A stretch of DNA of 64,000 nt from Azolla caroliniana (lineage: Eukaryota > Plantae > Polypodiophyta): NCBI GenBank assembly GCA_043228905.1, contig JBHGNT010000012.1, positions 6,882,001 to 6,946,000 on the forward strand. The letters are read 5' to 3'. A model generated the notes under the pieces. That model saw only the letters and a program-made list of their open reading frames with translations. It did no database searches and was not told where the DNA came from. Positions 26,965-38,283 of the stretch are shown in pieces; positions within the stretch are counted from its first letter, which is position 1, and every line of letters begins with the position of its first letter. Made by a program: the position numbers and the translations under genes.

Positions 26965-28940
26965 AAGACTTCTTGGGTAGTTTTGCATGCGCTAGCATAC
27001 TCCGGACCCTCTCCATTATGGTCCGGTTCATCCTCTTGGCGAGCCCGTTTAGTTCCGGCGTTTTCGGCATGGTAAATTCGAGCCGGATTCCCTTCGAGCG
27101 ACAATACTCCTCGAACTACCCCCGGTATTCACCTCCATTATCTGCTCGAACCGCCTTCAGCTTCTGGCCAGTTTCTCTTTCCACTCTCGTGTGGAGCTCT
27201 TTCAAGACGGATAGCACCTGATCCTTCGTCTTCAAAGGTGTGGCCCACAGCTTCCGGCTGTGGTCATCTATGAACGTCACGAAGTAATGCGATCCTGCAT
27301 GTGACTTCGTGTCCACTTGACACACATCAGTATTCACCAACTCCAGTGGTGCATTACGTCTCATCGGTGGCCTTGGTCAGAAGAAGGTCCAGTTTTGCTT
27401 ACCGGCCAGACAATCAGTGCACTTCTCCCAGTGCACGTTCTTCACTGGAATGAGGTTGTCGTCTGCAAGCCTCTTCATCCCCTTCTCGCCCATGTGACAC
27501 GGCCTTTTGTGCCAGAGCTCACCGGCAGTGTCGGATGCCACGTTCACTTCCTCCGGACATAACCGGGCATTCATCAAGTACAACGTGTTTACCTTCCGGG
27601 CCCGAGCCACAATCAGGCTCCCTTTGTTGAACTTCATATCACCGTTTCGGATGCTACCCGTGTAGCCTTCATCATCTAGCCGACCGACTGATATCAGGTT
27701 CAGAAGAACATTCGGAACGTGTCGAACATCCTTCAACAGCAGCTTGCATCTGGTTGGTGTTGTCAACCACGCGTCTCCTATCCCGACAATTTGGCATGTA
27801 CCTTCATTCCCCATCCGGACATTGCCGTGATCAACGGCTGAGTAGGATGAGAAGCATTTCCGGTCCGGGGTAAGGTGGAACGACGCTCCAGAGTTGACCA
27901 CCTAGGTCATCTCGTCGCCGGCAAGGTTTATCTCACTCTCCTCGGTGATGAGCATCAACTCTTCTTCACTTGCCGCGATTGTCGTCATTCCCTTCCTGTC
28001 CGTTCCCCTCCGGTCTTTACCGTTCCAGTCCGGTGTCCGCTTCAAATCGGTACCGTCGGTTTCCTTGTCCTTTCGGAAATGCCGACAGTTCTTCTGGAAG
28101 TGTCCCGGCTTGACGCAATAGAAGCAAGTAGGCCTCCCCCTTGACTTTGACCGTGTCCCCGACTTTTCCCGGTTCTGGGGACTACGGTTCCTTTGTCTTC
28201 CGCATTCCGATTCGGTAATGAGCGCTTTGGAGTCAGAGCTCGTATCCTTATCTTTCCGACGCGCCTCCTCATCTAGCAAGCTCGACTTCACTCTTGCTAG
28301 GGATAACCGTTTCCCTTCCGGCTCGGTGTTGCCTAAAGTGACAACCAACGTCTCCAACCTATCCGGGAGGGAACCGAGTAGGAGTAGCGCTAGTAGATCA
28401 TCGGCGAGTAGTACTTCCAATGATGTTGCCTGGTGGATCAGCCCCTGGAAGGCATTCATGTGCTCTGCCATGCTGGAGCCATCTTGGTACTGGAGACTTA
28501 CTAGCTTTCGAAATACCGAAACCTGATCAACAACATTTTTGTTTTGAAACATAATGCCGATCTTCTCCTAGAGCTCATGAGCCTTGCTTTCTTCATTGAA
28601 GTTGTATAGACTCATGTCGATGAAGCACCGTATGTAAGCTGTCGTCTTCATGTGCATGACCTCCCATATTGCGGCGTCGATTTTATCCGGTCTCTTGTCC
28701 CCGAACTGAACCGGCAGCCAAAGCTCTTTAACCACGAGCATGTCCCTCATCTTCGACTTCCACACCGAATAGTTGGAGCCGGTGAGCTTGAACATGCCTC
28801 CCAACGAATCGTCCATTTTTCTGTGTTGCCTCGCTCTGATACCACTTTGACAAGAACTACACGCTCCTATGAACAATGCTCGGCCACAACCGAGCTTAGA
28901 ATCAAACACGGAAAACGGATAATGAAAAACGGGTCGTACA
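26965..28940 (-). mobile_element. Ty1/copia element B (same family): truncated 5' LTR (28848-~28940), Met PBS, gag, PR, integrase N-terminal half
   Basis: PBS at 28833-28844. ORFs 28568-28909, 27902-28552, 27377-27901 and 27116-27364 (FIDDHSR, VRADNGGEY), plus TPELNGLA. Confidence 0.9.
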
Positions 28941-28944
28941 ACTA

Positions 28945-30749
28945 GCGGAATCAGAGATTGACCGCCTCCGCGTTGAACTTCACCAGTGCTCGGAAAGAGA
29001 AAAGGACATCAGGGCTAACGGCCAAAAGGCAGTGAAGACCCTTGAAGAGAAACTCGCAGCGGAGATAGCACAGCGGAGAACTTCAGGCCGTGTCACCAGA
29101 AATGACCACTACGGTGAACGGCGCAAAACGACGAGCACAGTCCCCCGCAATACTAGATAGCAACATCACCGCCCAAGTGGAACCCCATCCACCAGAGCAT
29201 ACGCTTACGGCCGACCACACGGAGAACATCCCGGACCAAGAGGAACCGCAAACCCACTCCCTAGAGCGTACTGACGGGAACCCAACGTTCCTTATGCGCA
29301 ACGCTCGGCCACAACCGACATTCTTTTCATACACAGAAAACGGGAAATAGAACACGACACAAAGAAGAGAAATGGTACACAGGAGGTTAACGTGGAAAAC
29401 CCCAAACTAAGGGAAAAAACCACAGCAGCCCACAGGCTACAAACTGTCACTATGTATGAATGTACAAAACAGTGAGTACACGGAGGCAACGACCTCAGGC
29501 TCACGATCTTCGCCACAGGCGGCAGTTACAACAGAGCCAACGACCTCGTTCTCTCTCTCTCTCTCTCTCTCTCTGTACAGTTACGCGCTCTCACTTCTTC
29601 TTGCACCAACAAGAAAAGTAACAACTACCTTCTTAGTTTGCCCTAAGTCATATTTATACTAATATGACTTTTCGGCTATTTACAAATATAGCCACAATGG
29701 GCTCTCAGAAACATATTTACAAATATGTCTCTTCCTCCGGTTCATACCGGGCCTGCACCATCCGGCTCTCCGTAGCCGGGTACTCCTCATCCGGTTCATA
29801 CCGGGCCTTCACCATCCGGCTCTCCGTAGCCGGGTACTCCTCATCCGGTTCACATCGGGCCTGCACCATCCCGCTCTCCGTAGTCGGGTACTCCTCATCC
29901 GGTTCATACCGGGCCTGCACCATCCGGCTCTCCGTAGCCGGGTACTCCTCATCCGGTTCATACCGGGCCTGCACCATCCGGCTCTCCGTAGCCGGGTACT
30001 CCTCATCCGGTTCACACCGGGCCTGCACCATCCGGCTCTCCGTAGCCGAGTACTCCTCATCCGGTTCATACCAGGCCTGCACCATCCGGCTCTCTGTAGT
30101 CGGGTACTCCTCATCCGGTTCATACCGGGGCTGTCTCATCCGGCTCTCCGTAGCCGGGTACTCCTCATCCGGTTCATACCGGGCCTGCACCATCCGGCTC
30201 TCCGTAGCCGGGTACTCCTCATCCGGTTCACACCGGGCCTGCACCATCCGGCTCTCCGTAGCCGGGTACTCCTCATTCGGTTCATACCGGGCCTGCACCA
30301 TCCGGCTCTCCGTAGCCGGGTACTCCTCATCCGGTTCATACCGGGTCTGTCTCATCCGGCTCTCCGTAGCCGGGTACTCCTCATACCGTTTGTTCTTCTC
30401 CCTTCCCATCCGGAGGGACCTGTCTCCCAACACGTACAACGGTGGCCGACATCACGGGGGAAGTGACGGAAGAAATAGAACCGCGACCCACCGCAAGCCC
30501 GCGGACAGCTGAACCAAACCCCCTCGCCCAAGAAGAGCCCACAGAACCCAGCCCAACCACACAGGACGACTGCGAAACCAGGAGAAGCTCTCCAGACCAG
30601 GCAGGGGAACCATACAACGACGCGCCTACGGCCCCTCTACTATCCCCGGACACAGACCATGTAGCAGAACCAAACATCAGGGCCATTTTGGAGGAAGATT
30701 AAAGGGATAGGTCTGACGTGCCATGGCACTGTCCCACAGGCGTGCCAGG
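28945..30749 (+). mobile_element. 3' internal region of the gypsy element whose 5' half lies at 9686-13467
   Basis: Continuous P/E/T-rich coding-like sequence (29090-29271, 30442-30702) split by a solo LTR and leading into LTR 30750-31198. Confidence 0.6.
29272..30432 (-). mobile_element. Copia solo LTR with ~13 copies of a 51-bp repeat
   Basis: Ends TGACGGG...CCCAACA, with TSD CGTAC at 29267-29271 and 30433-30437. Homologous to 26194-26964. Confidence 0.93.
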
Positions 30750-31198
30750 TGTTTTCCTCTGGAATAGTAACTGACGGACAAGAGCGTAGTAATATGGAAT
30801 AGAATACTTTTGTAACGCATGTAACGGTTCACGCGAAAAGCATGAACGGCTAAAAGACCCTACGTATATAAAGGGCAGAAAGCCTCTAATAGAGGTAGCG
30901 TGTAATTTTAAATGTAAGAGGCGTATCGTAATAGAGGTCTATCTTCTCTGATATCTGTGTGTAGCTACAATTAATCTACTGTGTGTCGGTAATTCTTGAG
31001 AGCGTAGGAGTAGGTAATGGTGTGTGCGCTAGCCCACTGTCTAAGGAGCTCGGTTGTAGCCGTCTCCCTTTTACGCTGCTAGGCTACAGGAAATATCCCA
31101 CTAAGAAGTACACACAGACACTACCATTCGTTGTCACACAGTCACTTGGAGGTCTAGGTCGAAGGATTGACCATAGACCGTGTTCCCAGTTAGTAACA
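30750..31198 (+). mobile_element. 3' LTR (449 bp) of the split gypsy element
   Basis: Ends TGTTT...GTAACA and is followed by GAACC. It is the reverse complement of 13019-13467. Confidence 0.85.
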
Positions 31199-32587
31199 GA
31201 ACCCTAACCGGATAAGTAAAGTAAAGAAGATGATGATGAAGAAACCCTAAGCGAAACCCTAAACCCGAAATGGTATGAAGAAGAAGAAGAATAGTAAAAC
31301 CCTAGGCGAAACCCTAAACCCGAAATAGAAACCCTCAACCTATGTGGTATACCTCTCTCACTCAAAATAGGCAACCCCTTCACAATAGACCTCTCCCTTC
31401 GTTTTATAGCCCAAGGAGGGAGGGGCGTTACAATGTGGGATAATTTCTCCCCCTTATTCTATACACCATTTACCTACTATACATGTGCATATGTTGCACA
31501 TTGCTGACTTGCCCATTCCATCATGGTTTCACACCAAAGCCGGAACATCCACCAGTATGTGCCATGAAAGGAAAGGAAAAGGTGAGAGATTTCGGCAATG
31601 GTGATCAACCGGGTTCTCCGTCGTCCCGGCACTCAACCGCCTTGCCGGCTCCTACTGACCCCAATCTATCGGCTCCATCCGATCTGCCATATCCGACCCT
31701 CACACCTTCTTCCCTTATCGGTCCTCCCGAACACCATTGCCGATCCGGTCACTCCTCCTTTGTCCGCCGCGTATGCCCTCCGATTAGGCACCCGGTCACT
31801 CCGGTTGTACACCAGATTCCTCGCCTTGTGTGTCGCGTGTGTCCCTCCTTTGGTTCGACCGTCTCCTCGTCCCGAGCACCTCGGCGTGCCGTCTCTCTCC
31901 GTTCTGCGCTTGCCTTCCGCAGGCTCTTCCCGTTGTCGTAGTGTATTCCACACACTACGTGAAAACCATAAAATAATATATCCGAATTTAGATACATATA
32001 AATAAATAAATAATATATCAAAAGAATTTATCACGTGCATAGGGCAAGATTTGAACCATGCACCTCCACGTAGATAAACCCCAACTTTACCATTGTAATA
32101 ACTTATCTTTAGTGTTATAAATATAGATTTAATACGTATAAGACCTTTATTTACACATACCTTTATTAAAAGGTAAAAATCATGTATTCTTTAGAGTGTG
32201 AATATTTTATTTACACGTGACATTAAAAGTGACTCATGCACGTCTAGCGTGCACGAGCCCTATATTTAGAAAATGACAAAGCATCACATGCACATTTAGT
32301 GTGCATGGACACTTTAGGTGAAAAAGCATGAAGCCATGCTTAGCCTCTTCCATCTTTATATAAGGAGGAGAAAAATATGTATAGGGTTGTTGATTAATAT
32401 ACAAGTTTTTGATCAATCTAATATACTCGTGGGATTCACGAGGTTACTATCTTACTTCTCTTCCTATTATTCATAACTAGCCTTAAGTTGTATTCCTCTT
32501 CCTCCTAGTCCAAAACCCCGGTGGTTCCCACCCGACTCACGCAAACGATCCGGAACCGAAAGGCACGACAGAGTTGGTGAACCCGAC

Positions 32588-34651
32588 GTGAAAACGGGTG
32601 GCAAGGAGATGGAAAATCAACCGGAGACTAGCAACATGACGATGATGTTCGAGCGCATGCTACAAGAACAACGTGCGATGTCGGAGATAGTGGCATCAGT
32701 GGAGCGGCTCGTGCAACGAAACGGGCAATTCAACGGGAAAGACGTGTCGCGGTATCTTCGGGACTACAAGGTGGAGATGCTACGGTGCGGAATATCGGAA
32801 GGACTGCAAGTGACGTCCTTCAACTGGGTGGCGACCGACGGGCTTCAAGCAAGCATCCATGGGCTACGACAGCAAAATCCGACATGGGAGGCGTTTGAAG
32901 TAGAGCTAAAGAGGACGTTCGCCATCGAGGATTCCTCCAAGGCGACGCGAAGGGGATTCGAAGATTGGGTGAAGACGCCGGACAAGGGATTGAAGGTCGT
33001 TGATGTGTTTTCGGCATTCGAAAGCCGGTTCGGGAGGTTGTCCGCGAGAGATCAAGCTATCCTCGTACCGGACAAGGTGATCATGTTCTTGCGAGCCGTG
33101 GACGTCTGGGACCGGAAAGATCTCGGAGTGCTCTTGGAGGACACGACCACGGAGAGCGGCCTCACCGAAACATGGGAAAGCGTGCGGGATATCGTCACGC
33201 GATACACGAAGAGGGGGCAATGGCTTGCCGACGAGGAAAAGAGGGTTTCGGAACCGATTCCGAAACCGAGAACCGGATTGGAAGACCATCAACTGAGGGC
33301 TCGAGAGACTACAACCGAGAAGGGGATTGATGCATCTACGGTGGAGCAACTATTGAAGGAGATGGAGAATCTGAAGATCGCGATGGTGAAGAAGTCGGAT
33401 GACCGCCCCACAAGCTCCAAGTATACGGACCGACGGTGCATATGGTGCGATAGCGCCGAACACGATCGGAGGGATTGCGATGAGCATAAGGAGGCGCTAC
33501 GACGGGATCTCATCTACTACGAGGGAAACCGGATTCATTCGATGGACTCTCGGAAGCCACTCCGACCGAACTTCCGGAAAGGCGGCATGAAGAAGGTGCT
33601 CGAGGAGGAATTGGCGGCAAGAAGCAACTATGCGACAACCGCGGGAATATGTGACGGGGAGTCATCGAGAGCAAAGACGTCTTTTTGGCCGGAAGTTCTA
33701 GAAAACACCGAGAAAACCGACTCCAATGAGATCCGAAGCACCGCGGAAGGCATCCGGGAAGCTACGGGGTGGGAGTGCCCTATCGACAAGAATAGCGTAT
33801 ACGCCCTGTGTCAATTGCATAAGGTGTATGTGGACGAGAAACGACGACGCACGGAGGATGCGGCCGGGCCATCGAAGATACCGGAAAGTTGGAACTCCAG
33901 AGGTAAGGGAAAAGAAAAGGCGACTCCGGCATTCAAGCTCGCCTCGGACATAGAACAACAAACCGACTTGAAAAGAGTGTTCGAGGAAAGAATCTTGGAT
34001 AGCCGGGTAGATTTCTCGCTTCGGGAGCTACTCGGAATAGCAAAGAAGGAGTTCCACGATCTTCTCGTGGATCTCGTGAAGCGAAAAAGACAAAGTACGG
34101 AGGAAAATGCTCCAAGGGTGAATGCGAACACCGTTTTAATGAACGATACCGAAGCGGAGGACGAAATTCCGAACTCCCACTATACAAGGCCACATTGGGC
34201 ACGCGCGACTACGGAGACTCCGGTCCGAATCGGCAACATCAAAGAACCCGTGCTAGCATTGATTGATCACGGATCGGAGATCAACTTGATGTCCAAGGAG
34301 TTCTACCTGAAGGGGAAGTGGCCTATTAACACCAACCATGGATGGAAGATTCGGGCGGCCACCAAAGCAACGGAAGATCTATTTGCGGCTTGTCCGGATG
34401 TGACGGTGAAGATCGGGGATGTCGAGATCGACCAAAATTTCTTCGTGCAAGATGAGGTTTCACATTCCGTCATCCTCGGCCAACCCTTTATCACGGCATC
34501 ACGGATGGAGACGAAGGTGCTCGATAGCGGTGCGGCTTTTGCACGAATTCGGAGCCAAAACGGTGGGAAATCCGTCCAATTCCTAACGGTGCCGGAAAAT
34601 CACGAAAGGAACAAGAGGGAACTCTTGTCCCAAGTGAGAATGGATTTTTAA
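32588..34651 (+). CDS. gag: Gag-protease polyprotein
   Basis: 687-aa ORF (first ATG at 32609) with knuckle CIWCDSAEHDRRDC and protease motifs LIDHGSEIN and ILGQPF. Confidence 0.92.
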   Translation: MKTGGKEMENQPETSNMTMMFERMLQEQRAMSEIVASVERLVQRNGQFNGKDVSRYLRDYKVEMLRCGISEGLQVTSFNWVATDGLQASIHGLRQQNPTWEAFEVELKRTFAIEDSSKATRRGFEDWVKTPDKGLKVVDVFSAFESRFGRLSARDQAILVPDKVIMFLRAVDVWDRKDLGVLLEDTTTESGLTETWESVRDIVTRYTKRGQWLADEEKRVSEPIPKPRTGLEDHQLRARETTTEKGIDASTVEQLLKEMENLKIAMVKKSDDRPTSSKYTDRRCIWCDSAEHDRRDCDEHKEALRRDLIYYEGNRIHSMDSRKPLRPNFRKGGMKKVLEEELAARSNYATTAGICDGESSRAKTSFWPEVLENTEKTDSNEIRSTAEGIREATGWECPIDKNSVYALCQLHKVYVDEKRRRTEDAAGPSKIPESWNSRGKGKEKATPAFKLASDIEQQTDLKRVFEERILDSRVDFSLRELLGIAKKEFHDLLVDLVKRKRQSTEENAPRVNANTVLMNDTEAEDEIPNSHYTRPHWARATTETPVRIGNIKEPVLALIDHGSEINLMSKEFYLKGKWPINTNHGWKIRAATKATEDLFAACPDVTVKIGDVEIDQNFFVQDEVSHSVILGQPFITASRMETKVLDSGAAFARIRSQNGGKSVQFLTVPENHERNKRELLSQVRMDF

Positions 34652-34705
34652 AGTGGACTGTTGCGGAGTGGGGAAGTGATAGTCCAAGAAGCCCTGATAC
34701 CCCAC
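34642..34705 (+). promoter_or_regulatory. Putative -1 programmed ribosomal frameshift signal
   Basis: G_GAT_TTT heptamer directly before the gag TAA, then a 5-nt spacer and stem TGGACTGTTGC/GTGATAGTCCA. Loop GTGGGG is complementary to CCCCAC at 34700-34705. Confidence 0.8.
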
Positions 34706-37700
34706 ACAGGAAGAAAACTCTCGGAGCAAAACATGTACGAATCGGTCCGGATGGGGCATCTACGTACACGACCGTAACCGGAGGATTGAAGAAAGGATAC
34801 CGACAAGTGGAGGATAAGTTGCGGTCGGCATCAATAATAAAAGGAGATGAAGAAATCGTGAGGATAGTCGAGGAAGTGTTCTATGGGAGCACGCTACAAC
34901 GACTTGAAGAGCTTGCGGAAGATAAAAGCCAAGGGAACCGGGTAGTCCCGGTGGAATCGGTCGAGATGTACGAGATCATTGCGAAAATGGAGCCGGATAC
35001 GCTCCGTAAAGAAGAAGCAATGGTAAGTACGAAATACAAGACCGTGGAGAAAAAGGTGAAACCGGCCGCGGGACCACTACCCGCCGATAGCGAACAAAAG
35101 AGGAAAGAAGTCTCAGGAGATCCAACACTTCGGAAGTCCGTAGATATCGGACATGCCTTCACGGATGAGACCCGGAAGAAACTTCGGATCGGTGGAGGTG
35201 GGTTCCTATTACAAAAAGAAGAAGAACGGTTTCGCGAGATGTTGGAGCAATACGGCAAAGCATTTGCATTTACATCAAGGGAGATAGGGTGCGTCGATCC
35301 GAGAATAGTGGAGCCGATGGTGATCTTCACGATTGACCATGTACCGTGGAACCTGAAACCGATTCCGGTGCCACGAGCGCATATTCCGAAAGTCATTGAC
35401 TTGCTCAAGGAGAAGGTGGCGATGGGGATTCTAGAGCCATCAACTGCTCCGTACTCAAATCGATGGTTTACAGTTCCGAAGAAGAATGGGTCACTCCGAT
35501 TTATCCAAGACTTGCAACCGGTGAATAAGGTCACGATCCGGAACTCGGGAGTCGGTCCGATAGTGGACGAATTTGCGGAAGCTTTTGCCGGTCGTGCGAT
35601 ATACTCCATCGGAGACCTATACTCGGGGTATGACCAATTCCAACTAGCCGTGGAGAGCCGAGACATCACAACCATGCGAACACCGATAGGATTGGTCCGA
35701 ATGTGCACACTACCACAAGGAGCGACAAACTCGGTTGCTCATATGATGAACGCGATGAACAAGGTGCTTCGAGACTGCATTCCGGAGATAACGATGCCGT
35801 TCCTCGATGACATTCCGATGAAAGGATGCACGGTAGAAGAAAAAGATGAGACTATGGATGATCGGGGATGCCGAAAGTTCGTGGTCGACCATATTCATGA
35901 TTGCGAGAAAGTGTTGCGAAAGCTAGAAGATGTGCACCTAACACTTTCCGGGGAGAAATCGGCATTCGGGCAAGAAGAAATATTGGTGGTCGGACATCTA
36001 TGTGGGCCCTACGGCCGAAGACTGTCACCAACAAAGATCGATGCGATTCAAGCTATGGAGGAAGTATGCGAGTCAACATCCGAAGTCCGAAGGTTTCTCG
36101 GTGCATGTGCATTCTATCACATATGGATTCCGCACTATGCACATATAGCGGACCCGCTCTACCACTTGTTGCGGAAAGGTAAGAAATTCGAATGGAAACC
36201 GGAACACACCAAAGCCATGAAGAAATTGAAGAAGACACTTCGGAGGGCGGAAGCACTTAAGAAGCCGAGCTACGACCGACCGATCATAGTAACGGTTGAT
36301 ACAAGTCCAACCGGTATCGGGTGGGTCATCAATCAAGCCGACTCGGATGGTTCGCGGTATCCGATCCGATTCGGAGCAAAGGTTCTCAACGAAAGGCAAC
36401 GTGGATATGCACAAGTCAAAAGAGAACTGTGGGGAGTCGTGTCGGCGATAAAATCGGATCGGGATTATTTGATCGGAGCCGAAGTGGTGATCGAGACGGA
36501 TTGTCTTCCGATACTCGGGATGATGCGGTGTTGTACGATACCAGATGTAGCTATGCTAAGGTGGGTTGCATATGTCAAGTCACTTAATCCGGAGGTTCGA
36601 CACATCTCGGGGAAGGAAAACGCGGTAGCGGATATGTTATCAAGGGCTCGGTTCGGAGACGACATAACCGAATCGGATAATGAAGAAGTTTCCGAAGACT
36701 ACTTCGCATCGGAGCACATATGCCGAGTGAACGTAATCCGAGAATTTCGGGAAGAAGAATATGAGGGAGAAAGTTTGATGATCGGAAAGATGTTACAAGA
36801 GGCCGAGGACTCGACAAACGATAAAGGAAGAAGAGCCGAGATCCGAACGAAGAAGAGGCAAGTCCAAAAGTTCTTCTTGGAAAACGGATTAATATGGAGG
36901 GCGCCGAAAAGACCGGATGGTATACCACTTCGAGTAGTCGGGACAAAAGAGCAACGAAACCGGATAATGTCCGAGTTTCACGAATCCAATTGGGCTGGAC
37001 ACCGAGGAACATGGGCAACATTTGTGAAGATCAAGCAAAAATATTGGTGGAAGAAAATGTACAAAGATATCGCGGAGTTTACGGAAAGCTGCGAGAAATG
37101 TTAAGTCTACTCCGGGGTTCGACATCGAGATGAGTTACATCCGACATTCTCACCGACAATCAACTTCAAGTGGATGGTCGACATAGTGGCCATGCCGACC
37201 GGGATCGGACAAAAGAAATACTTGGTATTAGCTCGGGAAGATCTCACGAATCAAGTAGAAGGTCGAGCGCTTCGGAGGAAAACGTGTTCCGCGGTATGCC
37301 AATTTCTTTTGGAGGAAGTATTTTGCAGGTACGGGTGCGTAGGACAAGTGATTGCGGACCGGGGAGAACTCGACTCGGACAAGGCTAGGGGATTCTTCGC
37401 TAAACACGGAGTTCGGTTATCGCTGACAACGGCATACAATCCGGAGGCCAACGGGAAAATCGAACAAGGACATAGTCCGATCGTGAAAGCACTTGCAAAG
37501 GCATGCGATGGAAAGGTGAAGGACTGGCCGCAGATGCTTCCGTATGCACTATGGGCGGATCGGACGACGCATAGTTCCATAACCAGTTACATGCCGGCAG
37601 AACTCATGACCGGACAAGCACCTGTAATGCCGACGGAAACCGCGATCGCAACATGGACAGTGCTACCGTGGAAGGAAGAGATGAGCCGGGAAGAACTACT

Positions 37701-38283
37701 AGCGGTCCGGATACGACAACTAGAGGGAAGACCGGCAGACATAGCAGAAGCAATACGCCGACAACAAGAAGCACGATTAAGGAACAAAAGCCGGTTCGAC
37801 ACAAAGCACCGACTACGACGGAGGAGGATTGAAGAAGGAGACTGGGTGATCGTCTATGACAGTAGTTTGGACCATCAACATACAACGATGCGGAAATTCG
37901 CGAAAAGGTGGTTCGGGCCATACGAGGTTCGGAAAGTCTTCGACAACGGAACGTACCGACTGTCCGAGTTGGATGGAACAATACTACGAGTGCCTATAGC
38001 CGGGAAGCGGGTGAAGATTTTCAAGAAGCGGACCGACGACAAACCCTATGTGATCCAAGCCAAGGCCGACTACGAGGAGCAATCAGACGAAGACCACGGG
38101 GATGCGGGAAGCGAAGAACGTGAATTACAACTCATAGTCGACATAAGGGGAGAATCAGAGGAAGCTTTGGGTGAAGACGGATATGGGGAATCGAGAACTT
38201 TGGCACATACCGGAGGATGTGCGGGTTCGGAGGGGGTGAGTGTCGTAGTGTATTCCACACACTACGTGAAAACCATAAAATAA
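34642..38283 (+). CDS. pol: Pol (RT-RNaseH-integrase) in the -1 frame, with one in-frame nonsense codon at 37102-37104
   Basis: The frame is open from the slippery site. Motifs are DLYSGYDQ, LPQGATNS, FLDD, VDTS, ADMLSR, H..H..CEKC, IADRGE and GPY. ORFs 34786-37104 and 37174-38283 are in the same frame. Confidence 0.92.

Noticed and set aside
29664-30512. Repeat proteins (EPDEEYPATESRMVQARY / CTIRLSVAGYSSSGS), also at 26575-27075 and 45001-45459
   Set aside because: The 51-bp unit is a multiple of 3 and stop-free in several frames on both strands inside LTRs, so the ORFs are a by-product of the repeat.
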